From Mobula hypostoma (lineage: Eukaryota): DNA of 64,000 nt. The translations under genes were made by a program, and so were the position numbers. Below the pieces are notes generated by a model. That model was not told the DNA's origin. It was given only the letters and a program-made list of their open reading frames with translations, and made no database searches. Shown piece by piece: positions 36,100 to 49,365 of this stretch. Position 1 is the stretch's first letter. The number at the start of each line of letters is the position of its first letter. The stretch is from NCBI RefSeq assembly GCF_963921235.1, contig NC_086097.1:48796001-48860000 (forward strand), given 5' to 3'.

Positions 36100-37739
36100 A
36101 CAGAGTCATAGAACATAGAAATCTACAGCACATTACAGGCCCTTCAGCCCAAAATGTTGTGCTGACCATGTAACCTACTCTAGAAACTGCCTAGAATTCC
36201 CTTACTGCATAGCCCTCTATTTTTCTAAGCTCCATGTACTTAAAACTCTATTGTATCTGCCTCCACCACTATCGCTGGCAGTGCATTCCACACATCCGCC
36301 ACTCTCTGCGTGAATAACTTACCTCTGACATCCCCCTTGTACCTACTTCCAAGCATCTTAAAACTATGTCCCCTTGTGGTAGCCATTTCAGCCCTGGGAA
36401 AAAGCCTCTGGCTATCCACATGAGCAGTGCCTCTTATCATCTTATACACATCTATCAGGTCACCTCTCATTCTCCATTGCTCCAAAGAGAAAAGGCCAAG
36501 TTCACTCAACCTATAAGACATGCTCTCCAATCCAGGCAACATCCTTCTAAATTTCTTCTGCACTCTCTCTATAGTATCCACATCCTTCCTGTAATGAGGT
36601 GACCAGAACACAGTATGCCAAGTGGGGTCTATGGTCTTATATAGCTGTAACATTACCTCGTGGCTCTTGAACCCAATCCAATGGTCGATGAAGGCCATCA
36701 CACCATACACCTTCTTAACAACACTGTCAACCTGCGTGGCAGCTTTGAGTGTCCTATGGACATGGACCCCTAGATCTTGCCGATCTTCCTCACTGCCAAG
36801 AGTCTTACCATTAATATTATATTCTGTCTTAGAATTAGACCTACTGAAATGAACCACTTCACATTTATTTGGGTTAAACTCCATCTGCCACTTCCCAGCC
36901 CAGTTCTGTATCCTATCAACATCCCGCTGTAACCTTTGACAATCCTTCTGACTATCCACAACACCCCCAATTTTTGTGTCATCAGCAAACTTACTAATCC
37001 ACCCTCCTACTTCCTCATCCAGGTCATTTATAAAAATCACAAGGATGAGGGGTCCCAGAACAGATCCCAGTGGAACACCACTGGTCACCGTCTTCCATGT
37101 AGAATATGAACCATCTACAACCACCCTTTGTCTTCCGTGGGCAAGCCAATTCTGAATCCACAAAGCAAGGTCTCCTTGGATCCCATGCCTCATTACTTTC
37201 TGAATGAGTTTTGCATAGGAAACCTTATCAAATGCCTTACTGGAATCCATATACACTACATCCACTGCATTACATTACACTACATTCATCAATGTGTTTT
37301 GTTACCTCCTCAAAGAATTCAACAGGCTGCCCTTGACAAAGCCATGCTGAGTATCCCTAATCAGATTAGGTCTCTCCAAATGCTCATAAATCCCGCCTCT
37401 TAGGATCTTCTCCAACAATTTGCCCACCACTGAAGTCAGACTCACTGGTCTATAATTTCCTGAGTTATCTCTACTCCCTTTCTTGAACAAGGGAACAACA
37501 TTTGCAACCTTCCCCTAATCCTCTGGTACTTCTCCTGTCCCTATTGATGATGCAAAGATCATCGCCAGACGCTCAGCAATCTCCTCCCTCACTTCCCACG
37601 GTAGCCTGGGGTATATCTTGTCCAGTCCCAGTGACTTATCTAACTTAATAACTTTCAACAGCTCCAGCACATCCTCTTTCTTAATGTCTATACACTCAAG
37701 TGTTTCAGTCTGCTGTAAGTTATCCCCACAATTACCAAG
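36100..37739 (-). mobile_element. 5'-truncated CR1 (RT + 3' UTR)
   Basis: ORF 36240-37265 with GSVLGP and KFADDT; NYRPVSLTS at about 37450; tail at about 36100-36125. Confidence 0.92.
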
Positions 37740-38490
37740 GTGTTTAAAAAGGGACAGGGAGGGAGGTAAAAGAGGTAGGGGAGTGATATTGTTAATCAGG
37801 GATAGTATCACAGCTGCAAAAAGGACGTACTAGAGGGATTGTTTACTGAATCAGTGTGGGTGTAAATTACAAACAGGCAGGAACCAATCTGTGGTTGTAT
37901 TCTATAGACTCCCCCCCAGTAGCAGCAGAGACACTGAGGAGCAAATCAGGAAGCAGATTTTGAAAAGGTGCACAAATTGAAGGGTTTTTGTTGTGGTTGA
38001 CTTCAACTTTTATAATATTGAATGGCCCTTCCTTAGCACAAAAGATTTAAATAGGGCAGAATTTGTTTGGTGTGTCAGGATAGCCAGCATGGCTTTGTGA
38101 GGGCAGATCATGCCTCATGAGCCTGATTGAACTTTTCGTGGAAGTGACAAAACAAATTGCAAAAGACAGAGCAGTGGATGTGGTGTCTATAGATTTTAAT
38201 AAGGCATCCAACAAGGTTCGCTATGGTAGGCTCATTTTGAAAGACATGAGGCATGGGATCTAGAGAAACATGGCTGTGTGGATTCAGAATGGACTTCTCC
38301 ACAGAAGGCAGTGGGTGATAGTAGATGGAGTGCATTCTGCATGATGTCCCACAAGGATCTATTCTGAGTCACCTGCTGCTTGTGATTTTTATAAGTGACG
38401 TAGATGAAGAAATGGAAGGGTTGGTTAGTAAATTCGTAGATGACACAGTGGTTGATGGTGTTGTGAATAGTGTATACGATTGCCATAGGC

Positions 38491-39681
38491 CAGCAATCCC
38501 CAACCACCGGGCCGTGGACCGGTACCGGGACGCAAAGCATGCGCTACCGGGCCGCGAGGAAACAATATGATTTGGCGATAGGAGTCAGCTGCACCTTCCC
38601 TCATTCCCTGTCACGCCCACTGTTGAGCCATTATGCACGCGAGGTCATTACCCGCGCATCATCCATGTCAGCGCGGGAAGGAGATCAACTCCTCGAGCTT
38701 GCAAATGACGGCAGGCTGAAAAATATGTTTGACATAACATCTCTGCCGGCATTCTGGATCAAAGTCAAGGCTGAATATTCTGAGATAGCCACGAAAGCAC
38801 TGAAAACGTTGTTTCCATTTCCAACATATCTCTGCAATGAATGGAATGAAAACTAAACTGCGGAACAGACTGGACATAAGGAACCCCCTTCGAGTATCGC
38901 TGTCTCCCATCACCCCTCGATAGGACCGTCTTGTTGCAGGAAAACAAGCCCAGGGCTTCCACTGATTCAGCAATATTGGTGTGTTGCAATGATTTTGTAT
39001 GTTCATACGGGAAAATCATGCACTGCGTGTTTAATATCTAAACGTTACTTAAAATGTTATGATGCTATTGACATATAACAATTACAGCACGGAAACAGGC
39101 CATCTCTCCCCTCCTAGTCCGTGCCGAACACTACTCTCACCTAGTCCCACCGACCTGCACTCAGCCCATAACCCTCCATTTCTTTCCTGTCCATATACCT
39201 ATCCAATTTTTCTTTGAATGATAATATCGAACCTGCCTCTACCACTTCTACTGGAAGTTCGTTCAATACTTACTTCAAACTCCCCTGTCCTCCCCTGATA
39301 ATTGACTTATCACTATATTCATGCGAGGAAAATATGCGGTGTGTTTAATATTAAATTCTTTAGATAAACCCCTTTAGAAAGGAAATTGAGTGTGTTAGCT
39401 ACTTATCACCGATATTTCTGAAGTGACTAACACCCCCCCCGAACAGAATCGCCAAAGACGATTTGTAAAAAAAAATTCATACACGCATGCCAAATCACAC
39501 ATGCGCACTGGTGCCTGTGCAAGGCTTCATAGTCATTGTAGTCTTTCTCGGGGTAAACCCAGCATATTTGACTGCTACTCTTGTCCGTTGGCAACCCTAC
39601 CCCCACCCTCGGTCGGCCGGTCTGCAAGAATATTGTCAATATGAAACCGGTCCGCAGTGCGAAAAAGGTTGGAGACCCCTG
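38491..39681 (+). mobile_element. Non-autonomous hAT-Charlie (Charlie3/MER1-like) transposon, copy 1
   Basis: TIRs cagcaatccccaacc and ggttggagacccctg; perfect 8-bp TSD ccataggc (38483-38490 and 39682-39689); transposase C-terminal remnant LPAFWIKVKAEYSEIATKALKTLFPFPTYLC. Confidence 0.92.
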
Positions 39682-41499
39682 CCATAGGCTACAACATGAC
39701 ATTGATAGGATGCACATCTGGGCTGAGAAATGAGCAATGAAGTTTAATCCAGAAAAGTCTGAAGTGATATACTTTGGAAGGTCTAACGTGAAGGCATGGT
39801 ACAGGATTAATAGCAGGATCCTTAGCAATCTGGACGAACAGAGGGATCTTGGGGTCCATGTCCATAGATTCTTCAAAGTTGCTGTGCACGTTGATAGGGT
39901 GGTTCAGGAGGCATATGGTGTGTTGGCCTTCATTAGGTGGGGTATTGAGTTCCAGAGCCACGAGGTAATGTAGCTCTAAAAAACTCTGGTTAGACCACAC
40001 TTGGAATATTGTGTTCAGTTCTGGTTGCTTCATTATAGGAATGAGATGGAAGTGTTAGAGAGGGTGCAGAGGAGGTTTATTAGGGTGCTGCCTGGATTGA
40101 AGAGCATGTCTTATGAAGAAAGGTCAAGTGAGTTCGGGCTTTTCTCTTTGGAGTGAAAAAGACAAAAATGGCTAACACGAGAGGGTAGGGTATAATTTTA
40201 AGGTGATTGGAAGAGAGTACAGAGGTGATATCAGAGGTATTTTTTTTAAACACAGGGAGTGTTAGGTGTGTGGAATGAACTACTAGGGGTGGTAGTTGAG
40301 CAGATACATTCAGGACAATTAAGAGATCCTTAGATGGGCATACGTATTAAAGAAAAATGGAGGGCTATGTGGAAGGGAAGTGTTAGATTGATCTTGGAGT
40401 AGATTAAAAAATCAGCACAACATTGCAGACCAAAGGTACTATACTGTGCTGAAATGCTCCGTGTTCTTCTATGTTCTAACACTAAAACCTACAACATATC
40501 CAGATGTCTGGTGGTGTCATCGGGTTAATTTGCAGGGATGAATCTGTGTTGAAGTAGTAGAGATGGTTGGTGCCCTTTAAGCAATGGATTAAAGAGCGGG
40601 TGCATCTCTGTATTCACCCCTCACTAAGTTTTGGGGTTAGGGCTACATTACTGAGGCAAGGCTCTTCTCCAGGTGAAAGGAAGTCAGAAGGACAATTGCA
40701 AGTTTATGCTCCCAAGCACAGATGCTGAAAGGAATCATCAGGGACAGGCATCTTGGCAAAATTCGAATAGAGCTGAAGGAAGAATATGTTCACCAGCATC
40801 TGGTCAGACTGTAGACTCAACAGTGCTGCTCATGGCAGTATTGTGTAGTGTGCACAGAGTTCACTGAATCTATGTCCCAACACACAGGAGTGTTTGGTAC
40901 AGAATATCGGGGTCTCAGTGAAACACGGTGTTCCTTGCTGCTGGGTGATTGTGTCACAGATGTGCCGGCCATCCCCAGCCCCTCAGCAGCCACAGCAGTA
41001 ATGCAGGTGAAGGACTAGAAATACCTCTGTAGCTGAGTGAAGGCAGCCATTTATCGCTCTGCTGAACAGTACTGTGGTGATGTCTCCACCAGTAAATTGT
41101 TTTGCATAATCTCTCTACCACGATGCTGCAACAAGATTGGGATTGACCTGCAGGTTATCCCATTGACTCGAGGCTCAGAACTGCTCCAAGTGGCGTTGCA
41201 GTATTCAAGACAATACTGGGAATCCCACGACCATGTATCAGGAACTGAAGCATTCCACCGTAAGCAGACAAAGAAGGGCAACACCTCCCAATGTGCAGTA
41301 CCTCCTGCCCCAAATGTGCTAGGAGTTTGGTCATGCAATAATATTATCGTTTCCTAAGTCACAAAACTGGACTGGAAGCCAGACATCCTCTATCCTGAGG
41401 GATCACCTAAGTACAGTAAGAATCATCTGTTTCTATCTGTAAACATCAACACTTTCCACACACAGAGCAGGTAATTTCTATTTTCCATCCTGACTTCTG

Positions 41500-41965
41500 G
41501 AAATGCATCTGCTCAGGGGTTTACATGGAGCAGAATGATTCCTCGTCCCAGTGAAGTGAAGTGGTGGCTCATCTGGACGGGCTGTTTGGGGCCCTGAGTG
41601 GTGGTGAAGGTGTAGATGAATGGACAGGTGTAGCACTTGTTCTGCTTGCAGGGATAAGTGCCATGAGGGAGATCGCTGGGGATGAACAAGGGAATCACGG
41701 AGAGAGTGATCACTGTGGAAAGTAGAGAGTGAGGTGGGGGATGGAGCGCAGAGTTAAAGATATGTTTGGTGATAGGATCCTGTTGAGGAAGGCTGAAACT
41801 GCAGAGAACAATGCATCGGATGCAAAGGCCCATGGGGGTGGCAAGTAAAGACAAGAGGATCTCCATAGCGGAATGATGGGGTGAGGGTGCATGTCTGTGA
41901 AATGGAAGATATGGAATCAGGATAGCATCAATAATAAAGGAATGGGAAGCCCCACTCTTTCAGGA
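41500..41965 (-). mobile_element. Degenerate Penelope-like fragment (RT end + Cys linker)
   Basis: PSDLPHGTYPCKQNKCYTCPF...QGPKQPVQMSHHFT, homologous to 29339-29470. Confidence 0.75.
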
Positions 41966-41984
41966 GAACATAAGATGGAGAGTC

Positions 41985-43800
41985 ATTGAAAGTGTGTCCA
42001 TTGGTTGTGGGAACGTTTTTAGTGAAGTTGTGTGAAGTTACCCCTATGATTCAAGAGCGTTATGGTGGAGGGGTAATAACTGTTCCTGAACCTGGTGGTG
42101 TGAGTCCTAAGGCTCCTGGACCTTCTTGCCAATGGCAGCAGTGAGAACAGAGCATGTCCTGGGTGGTGGGTATCCCCAATGATGGACACTGCTTTTCTGT
42201 GCCACCACTTTGTGTGGATGTGCTCAGTGACGGGGAGGGCTTTACCCATGATGGACTGGATCAAATCCACTACTTTTTGTAGGATTTTCCATTCTAGGAC
42301 ATTGATGTATCCATACCAGGCAGCGATACAGCCAGTCAGTGTGATCCACACTATACATTTATAGAAATTAGTCAAAGTTTTAGATGTTATGTCGATTCTA
42401 TGCAAACATCTAAGGTATCCTCTCTGGGCTGAATGTTTTACAGAGTTTCACCCTCCTGAACACTGCATGCACATCAGCCTCAGAGACTGAAATCACAAGA
42501 TAATCAGGTGCTGTGGGAGTTCAAGATGGTCGCTCCATGATTTGACGGTCAAAGCGAGCACAGAAAGCATTGAGCTCATCTGGAATGAAGCCCTGCTGTG
42601 GCCTAAGTCATTTGGTTTAACTTCATAAGTGATAGCATTCAAGCCCTGCCACAACTGTTGAACATCCTTTGTTGATTCAAATTTAGTCCAGCATTGCCAC
42701 TTCACCCATGAGATGGCTTTCTGGAGATTGTACCTGGACCTCATGTTACTTTTTTGGTCACCAGACTTGAATTGCTCTAATCTGTCCCTCAGCAGATTGC
42801 AGATCTCATGGTTCATCTAGGACTTCCGGTGACAACCATTGAGTATTCATTCAGATCCACGGATGAGTCCTTGAATACATCTCAGTCCAACAAGTTGAAG
42901 CAATCCTGTAGCCACTCCTTGGCCTCCTGCGACCACCTCTTTGTTGTCCGAATCTCTAGAACTTTGTCCCTATGCATCTGTCTGTAAGTAGGTAGGAGAA
43001 GGCCAGCCAAGTGATCAGATTTCCCAAAATGTAGTCTGGGCATGGAATGGTGAACATTCCTTACCTTAATATAGCAGTGATCTAGTGTGTTAGGACCTCT
43101 GATGCTATAGGTTGTATGCTGTGGTAATTTGACAGGGTTTTCTTCAAATTAACCTGTTTGAAGTAACCAACTATGATTTGAAATACATTGGGATGGACTG
43201 TTTCTTGTCTGGAAACAACATCATGCAGTATCTCAAGCGCTTGATTATAGTCGGCCGCAGGTAGTATGTAAACTGCTGTCAAAATTATGGAGAACTCCCT
43301 ATGTAAATAGAATGGATAGCATTTGACTATTTGCTGTTCAAGTTCGAGGGACCACCATTTTGACAGAACCACCACATCGGAGCACTACCACGAGTTTATC
43401 ATGAAACACACACTTCCACCATTGGCCTTTTCCAAATCAGAGTTTGATCCATCCTGTAAATCAACAACCTTGCAGGTCGGATTACCATACCTGGAGTGCT
43501 GGGAGTTAGCCACGTCTTGTTCGCACATAGAACACCACAATCTCTCATTTCCCTCTAATACAGCAATCTTGCCCTCAGATCCTCAATTTTGTACTCCAGT
43601 GACCGCACATTTGCTAGCAAGATGCTGGGTAGAGGGGGCCTCAACCCTCTGTGTTTCAGTCTGGGTTGGAGTCTCCCCCTCCTACCTTGCTTCCAGCCAT
43701 GGCAATGTACTTTCATCCACTTAAAGGTAACATACTTGTTTGGTCTGCTGAGTCCTTCAGAAGGTCATGAAATCTGTAGTTCATTAAGTTGATTTAAAAG
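41985..43800 (-). mobile_element. Degenerate Rex1/Babar LINE with an internal deletion
   Basis: APE remnant (KCYPFYLHREFSIILTAVYI), linker (RYNLQKAI...QLWQGL) and C-terminus (HPGHALFSLLP...RFRNSYYP). Confidence 0.8.
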
Positions 43801-43959
43801 TGCATTGCTTAAAGGGAAATTATATGCTACGGATTGCTGGATCAACAGAGCAATGAGGGCTGTATGGTATTAAAGGCACCTGAAAAATCAAAAAAGCATG
43901 ATCCTTACAGTGCTGCCCTGCATATCAAAATGGGAGTAGGCTCTGTTCAATGGGTAGGT

Positions 43960-46268
43960 ACCCACCTACTTCAAGCAGGCTTCAAGTATACTGGTGCCTA
44001 AGAAGAACATGGTAATTTGCCTCAATGACTATCCTCCATTCGCACTTCCATGCACTGTGATAAAGTGGTTTGAGAAGTTGGTGATGAAAAACAACAACTC
44101 CTGGCTGAGAAGTGACAATTCATCTCCCATCACAACAGATCAACAGGAGATGCCATTTTATTGGCTCTTCACTCAATCCTGGAACATCTGGACAGTAAAG
44201 ATGTATAAATCAAGATGATCTTTATCGACTACAGCTTGGGATTTAATATCATTATCCCCTCAAAACTAATCAATAAGCTTCAAGGCCTTAGCCTCAATAC
44301 CTCCTTGTGCAATTGGATCCTGGTTTTCCTCACTTGCAGCCCCGAGTCAGTTCAGATTGGCAACAATATCTCCTCCACAACCTCCACCAGCACTGATACA
44401 CCACAAGACTGTGTGCTGAGCTCCCTGCTCTACTTGCTTCATACTTATGACTGCTGTAGGCTGAATCAAAGGTGATTATGAATGAGCATCTAGGAGAGAG
44501 ATTGAAAATCTACCTGAGCGGTGCCACAACAGCAAAGTCTCACTTAATGTCAGTACACCAAGCAGGAAACCAGAGGTTCGTGAGCCAGTACTATTATAGA
44601 CAATAGACAATAGATGCAGGAGTAGGCCATTCGGCCCTTCGAGCTAGCACCACCATTCACTGTGACCATGGCTGATCATCCACAATCAGTATCCAGTTCC
44701 TGCCTTATCCCCATAACCTTTGAGTCCACTATCTTTAAGAGCTCTATCCATCTCTTTCTTGAAAGCATCCAGAGACTTGGCCTCCACTGCCTTCTGGGGC
44801 AGAGCATTCCATATATCCACCACTCTCTGGTTGAAAAAGTTTTTCCTCAACTCCGTTCTAAATGGCCTACCCCTTATTCTTAAACAGTGGCCTATGGTTC
44901 TGGACTCACCCACCAGTGGGAACATGCTTCCTGTCTCCAGCGTGTCCAATCCCTTAATAATCTTATATGTTTCAATCAGATCTCCTCTCATCCTTCTAAA
45001 TTCCAGTGTATACAAGCCCAGTCGCTCCAATCGTTCAACATATGACAGTCCCGCCATCCTGGGAATTAACCTTGTGAACCTACGCTGCACTCTCTCAATA
45101 GCAAGAATGTCCTTCCTCAAATTTGGAGACCAAAACTGCACACAGTTCTCCAGGTGTGGTCTCACCAGGGCCCTGTACAGCTGCAGAAGGACCTCTTTGC
45201 TCTTATACTCAACTCCTCTTGTTATGAAGGCCAGCATGCCATTAGCTTTCTTCACTGCCTGCTGTACCTGCATGCTTGCTTTCAGTGACTGATGTACAAG
45301 AATACCCAGATCTTCCTGTACTTCCCCTTTTCCTAACTTGACTCCATTTATATAATAATCTGCCTTCCTGTTCTTACCACCAAAGTGGATAACCTCACAT
45401 TTATCCACATTAAACTGCATTTGCCATGCATCCGCCCACTCACCCAGCCTGTCCAAGTCATCCTGCATTCTCATAACATCCTCCTCACATTTCACACTGT
45501 CACCCAGCTATTTGTGGAATCGAGGTGCAGAGGGTCAGCAACTTTGAATTCCTCCGTGTTATTACTCCAGAGGATCTGTTCTTGACCCAGCATGCAAGTG
45601 CCATTATGAAGAAAGCATAGCAATGCCTCTATTTTCTTAGAAGTCTGCAAAGATTTGGTATGTTATCTAAAACTTTGACAAACTTCTATAGATGTGCGAT
45701 GGAGAGTTGCATCATGGCCTAGTATGGAAACTCCAATGCCTTTGAATGGAAAATCCTACAAAAAGTAGTGGAACACCAGTCCATTACGAGTAAAACCCTC
45801 CCCATCACTGAGCGTATCTTTATGGAGCGCTGTTGTCATCAAGGACCCTCACTATCCAGGCATGCTCTCTTCTCTCTGCTGCCATCAGGAAGAGGACCCG
45901 CACCAGCAGGTTCAGGAACACTTATTACCCATCAACAATTAGGCTTTTGAACCAGAGGGGAAAACATCACTGCACTTAACTCACCACATCACTGAACTGT
46001 CCCACTGAACTAGTCTCACTTTCAAGGACACGTCATTTCATGTTCTCATTATTTATTGCTTATTTATTTACTTATTATAAATATGTCTTTTTTTCTTTCT
46101 TTTTATACTTGCATAGGTGCTTTTTTTGCACATTAGTTGTTTTCTGTCCTGTTGTGTGTAGTCTTTCATTGATTCTATTTACTGTGATTGCTCGAAAGAA
46201 ATTTGATCTCAAGGTTGTATATGATGACATAAATGTGCTTTAATAACAAAATTTACTTTGAACTTTGA
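43960..46268 (+). mobile_element. Degenerate Rex1/Babar LINE (RT to 3' UTR), interrupted by CR1
   Basis: PKK...[21 protein letters not shown]; 3' end aatttactttgaactttga. Confidence 0.8.
44596..45507 (-). mobile_element. Young 5'-truncated CR1 with an uninterrupted RT C-terminal frame
   Basis: ORF 44686-45495 (269 aa, no stops); (ctattgt)n tail; possible TSD ctatt (44591-44595 and 45508-45512). Confidence 0.92.
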
Positions 46269-46699
46269 GGAAGGCAGACCTCTCATAAAACTGTTGGAAT
46301 AGCATGGCATTGAATACAAAACAGAGCCTCCAAATACCAGGGTAGATTTCCACATCCATAATTATCATGCTGGACATAAACTCAATATAAGCTTGTTTAG
46401 TCATAGGGAAAGTGTATGCTCACAACGAACTCAAGGTTCCAGCAATCTCATTCAAGAGTGAGTTTAAATTGTCAGTGATAGTGGAATCAGATGCGTGCAG
46501 CATGGAAAGGAGTGGAATTTCATGTTCCATAATCTAGGGAAGTTGTTTTTCCACATGTATTCATCTTTATCTATATCTGTACATGCTGTCCTGTTTCTTC
46601 ACATAAACTCACAATAACAGGAAAGCTCTTCTTCCATTTTACGGGGCATTAGTATGGCTGCATCTATAGTTCTCTCTACTTTATTAGTCTCCTTGGAGT

Positions 46700-47460
46700 A
46701 AGGTACAAATGCGTTTGAAATAGCTCCCAGCAATTAATGGGTAGGTTGCCCTGTGAAGAAAGGTTGGGCAGGCTAGAACTGAATCTGCTGAGCTTAGCGG
46801 AATGGGAGGAGACTAGATATAAACACACACGATTTTCAGGGGTTCTAGAGATCAAATCTCCAATCACTATCACTCTGTCTGATCTTATCCTTCCCTGATG
46901 AGCCTTAGAGCTAACCACAATGCCACTGGCCTGGCTGCTGCTGTTGTGCCATGATAGGTCATTCCCCCAGCAGTATCCAAGGAGGTGTACTTATTGCTGA
47001 GGGCAAAGGTCACAAGGGAGCCCTGCACTGACTGCTTACTCCTCTTTTTCTCTTGATGGTCCGCCATCTACCAATTGAAGCCTGCATCCTGGCTGTGATC
47101 ACCTCAGTAAAAGTTTCATCTCTGAGGCATTCAGCCTTCCAGATGGTCCTGAGTCCATCCAGCTCCAGTTCCTTGACCTAGTCAGTCAGGAGCTGAAGTT
47201 GGGTGCACTTTACGCAGATGTAGTCTTTAGGGAGACTGTTGTATACTCTGAAATCTCACATCTTACAGGAGGAGCATTCCACTACCTTAATTACCATATA
47301 AGCTACACTAAGTTAAGGGCAAAGGATTTACAAACAACAAAAAAGCTTACCTGTTCTTACTTGTGCCTTCCCTCTGAAACCTTTAAATTTCAGATTCACC
47401 TAGGTCATTTACTCAGCCCCTTCTCACTGGGGTTGTTATACCTATGGCTTTAACGTTGTA
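46700..47460 (-). mobile_element. Degenerate CR1 ORF1 and 5' region
   Basis: FALSNKYTSLD and VIVIGDL correspond to IPLNNKFTVLD and VVIGDS of ORF1 at 21.8-21.9 kb. Confidence 0.65.
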
Positions 47461-47643
47461 AGCTTAAGTTCTACAATCAAATAAATTATTCCAAATCACT
47501 CAACACCCTTAGCCTCTGCCTGCTGAGCTAAATCCTCTCACTCTAACCCTGGCCCACTCCAACAATGGCCACTCCCACAATGATTGCTCCACTTAAGTCT
47601 AACTTATTTCAATTACACCTTGCTAAATTACTAATAACCCAAG

Positions 47644-47825
47644 CAATCTCCTGCTCCACAGAAATTCCGACAACTTCCCCTCACTTCTTAAAACCGGCAC
47701 GTAAAATCCACTAGGAGCTGTCTCCAACTCTCTATGATCTCCTGCTCTGCAGATGTTTCACCAACGTTGCTCACTTTTTAAAACTGGTGCATAACATCCA
47801 TGAGGAACTGTCTCCATCTCTCTCT
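47644..47825. repeat. Diverged tandem duplication, about 92-bp unit
   Basis: atctcctgctc...ctcactt.ttaaaac.gg...atcca...gga.ctgtctcca.ctctct occurs twice. Confidence 0.7.
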
Positions 47826-47929
47826 GACTACATTAGCCACTCGCCAGTTCAGCACACATTGTAGGCCAAAGGGCCTGTTCCTATGCTGTACTGTTCTATG
47901 TTCTAGTTAACTGATGAAGGAGGAGAGGC

Positions 47930-49365
47930 ATTTTCTTTGTGAGAGAATCTAGAATTGGGATCATTTGGTATGTCACCAAAGACTTGCGCAAATTTCTACA
48001 GATGTACCATGGAAAGTATCCTAATTGGTTACATCACTGTCTGGTATGGAAGGGGGCCCCTGCACAGGATCGTAAGAAGTTGCAGAGGGTTAGAAACTCA
48101 GCAAGCTCCATCGTGGGCACTAGCCTCTCCAGTACTGATGACATCTTCAAAAGGTAGTGCCTCAGGAAGGCAGTGTCCATCCTTAAAGACCCCATCACCC
48201 AAGACATGCTCTCTTCTCATTGCTACCATCATGGTGGAGGAGGCTGAAGACACACACTCAGATTTTTCCTTTCTGCCATCAGATTTCCAAAGGGACAATG
48301 AATCAACCCATGAACACTTTCTCACTATTTTATGCTTCCTTTTTTAGGAACATGCAAACATAGAAAACCTACAGCATAATATAGGCCCTTCTGCCCATAA
48401 CATGTCCTAAGAACATGTCCTTACCTTAGAAGTTACCTAGGGTTACCCATAGCCCTCTATTTTTCCAAGGTCCATGCACCTATCCAGGAATCTCTTAAAA
48501 GACTCTATTGTATTCACCTCCATCACCATCGTTGGCAGCCCATTCACCACTCTCTGCGTAAAAAACTTACCCCTGACATCTCCTCTGTACCTATTTCCAA
48601 GCACCTTAAAACTGTGCCCTTTCATGCTAACCAATTCAGTCCTGGGAAAAAGCTTCTGACTATCCACATGATTAATGCCTCTCATCATTTTGTACAGCTC
48701 TATCAGGTCACCTCTCATCCTCCGTCACTCCAAGGAGAAAAGGCTGAGTTCACTCAACCTATTCTCAAAAGGAAGGCTCCCCAATCCAGGCAACATCCTT
48801 GTAAATCTCCTCTGCACCGTTTCTATGGTTTCCACATCGTTCCTGTAGTGAGGCGACCAGAACTGAGCACAGTACTCCAAGTGGGGTCTGACCTTGGTCC
48901 TATAGAGCTGCAACATTACCTCTCAGCTCTGAAATTCAATCCCACGATTGATGAAGGCCGATACACCGTATGCCTTCTTAACCACAGAGTCAACCTGCGT
49001 AGTAGCTTTGAGTGTCCTATGGACTCAGACCCCAAGATCCCTCTGAACCTCCACACTGCCAAGAGTCTTACCATTAATACTATATTCTGCCATCATATCT
49101 GACCTACTAAAATGAACCTCCTCACACTTCTCTGTGTTGAACTCCACTCCTTGCACTATTCACTTAATTCTGAACTGACAATAAAGCACCCCATGAACAA
49201 TACCTCTCTGTTTTGGGCTCTTTTTTTGAGCAACTTAATTAGTTTATTTGTTTAACATATTTCTTATTGTAGATTATAGTTTTTTATGTATTAAGGTGTA
49301 CTGCTACTGTAAAACAACAAATTTCATGACAATCATCAATGATATTAAACTTGATTCTGATTCTG
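47930..49365 (+). mobile_element. Rex1/Babar 3' fragment split by a CR1
   Basis: FGMSPKTCANFYRCTMESIL at about 47960-48020; 3' UTR 49170-49365 ending attaaacttgattctgattctg. Confidence 0.7.
48350..49147 (-). mobile_element. 5'-truncated CR1
   Basis: MLQLYRTKVRPHLEYCAQFWSPHYR...RGDLIELYK...FFTQRVVN; same tail family as 1-430. Confidence 0.9.

Larger units (their letters stand above)
35830..40478 (+). mobile_element. Degenerate, internally deleted CR1 split by two later insertions (pieces 35830-36099, 37740-38490, 39682-40478)
   Basis: ORF1 end, APE start, RT and tail are colinear with the long CR1 once the inserts are removed (ggggtttagat|...|tgtttaaaaaggg). Confidence 0.8.

Noticed and set aside
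38668..38970. Host ZBED5/SCAND3-like gene exon
   Set aside because: Lies between TIRs and a TSD, is internally deleted and occurs twice in the window
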